64,000 nucleotides of DNA from positions 1-64,000 of the forward strand of contig NIVC01000642.1 in assembly GCA_002269645.1 (NCBI GenBank), read 5' to 3'. Below, piece after piece: positions 63,847-64,000 of the stretch (positions are counted from its first letter, which is position 1; every line of letters starts with the position of its first letter). The stretch is from Macrostomum lignano (taxonomy: Eukaryota). Position numbers and translations under genes: made by a program. The notes under the pieces are model-generated. The model had not been told where the DNA came from, ran no database searches, and saw only the letters and a program-made list of their open reading frames with translations.

Positions 63847-64000
63847 AGAGGTGGTTTGCAGGACTTAATCAATTCAATAGAGGGAGAGAGATAAAAGTCA
63901 AGTTGACAGTTAGCGTTGTGTAACCAAAAAGCTTTTGTAATTATGATCCTCCTAAGTCTGTTATCTGATACTTCTTTGTTTTCGTAACCCACCTCAATTT

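Overview
Eukaryotic (animal) genomic DNA, not prokaryotic. GC-rich coding exons with GT-AG introns that are mostly filled by a different minisatellite each; this style and the gene set suggest a free-living flatworm such as Macrostomum (inference only). By manual splicing I reconstruct seven genes: eIF3c (+, 9 exons, one 1-nt frameshift), an orphan rhodopsin-type GPCR (-), an unrecognised 320-aa protein with two C-terminal TM helices (+), tektin-3/5 (+, with a pair of 86-nt mutually exclusive exons), YKT6 (+), an SLC5 sodium:solute symporter (+, two possible last exons) and a divergent cyclin (-, no in-frame ATG in its first recognisable exon). Around them are about 25 tandem arrays, two tRNA-derived SINE families, a 5'-truncated RNase H-bearing LINE with a 14-bp TSD, and several MITE/DNA-transposon families. 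Both ends (1-3.8 kb, 58-64 kb) are much more AT-rich; the right end holds two intronless orphan ORFs. Most entries in the ORF track are repeat artefacts. No CRISPR, rRNA or true tRNA gene is supported. All coordinates were derived by eye and no database searches were run.
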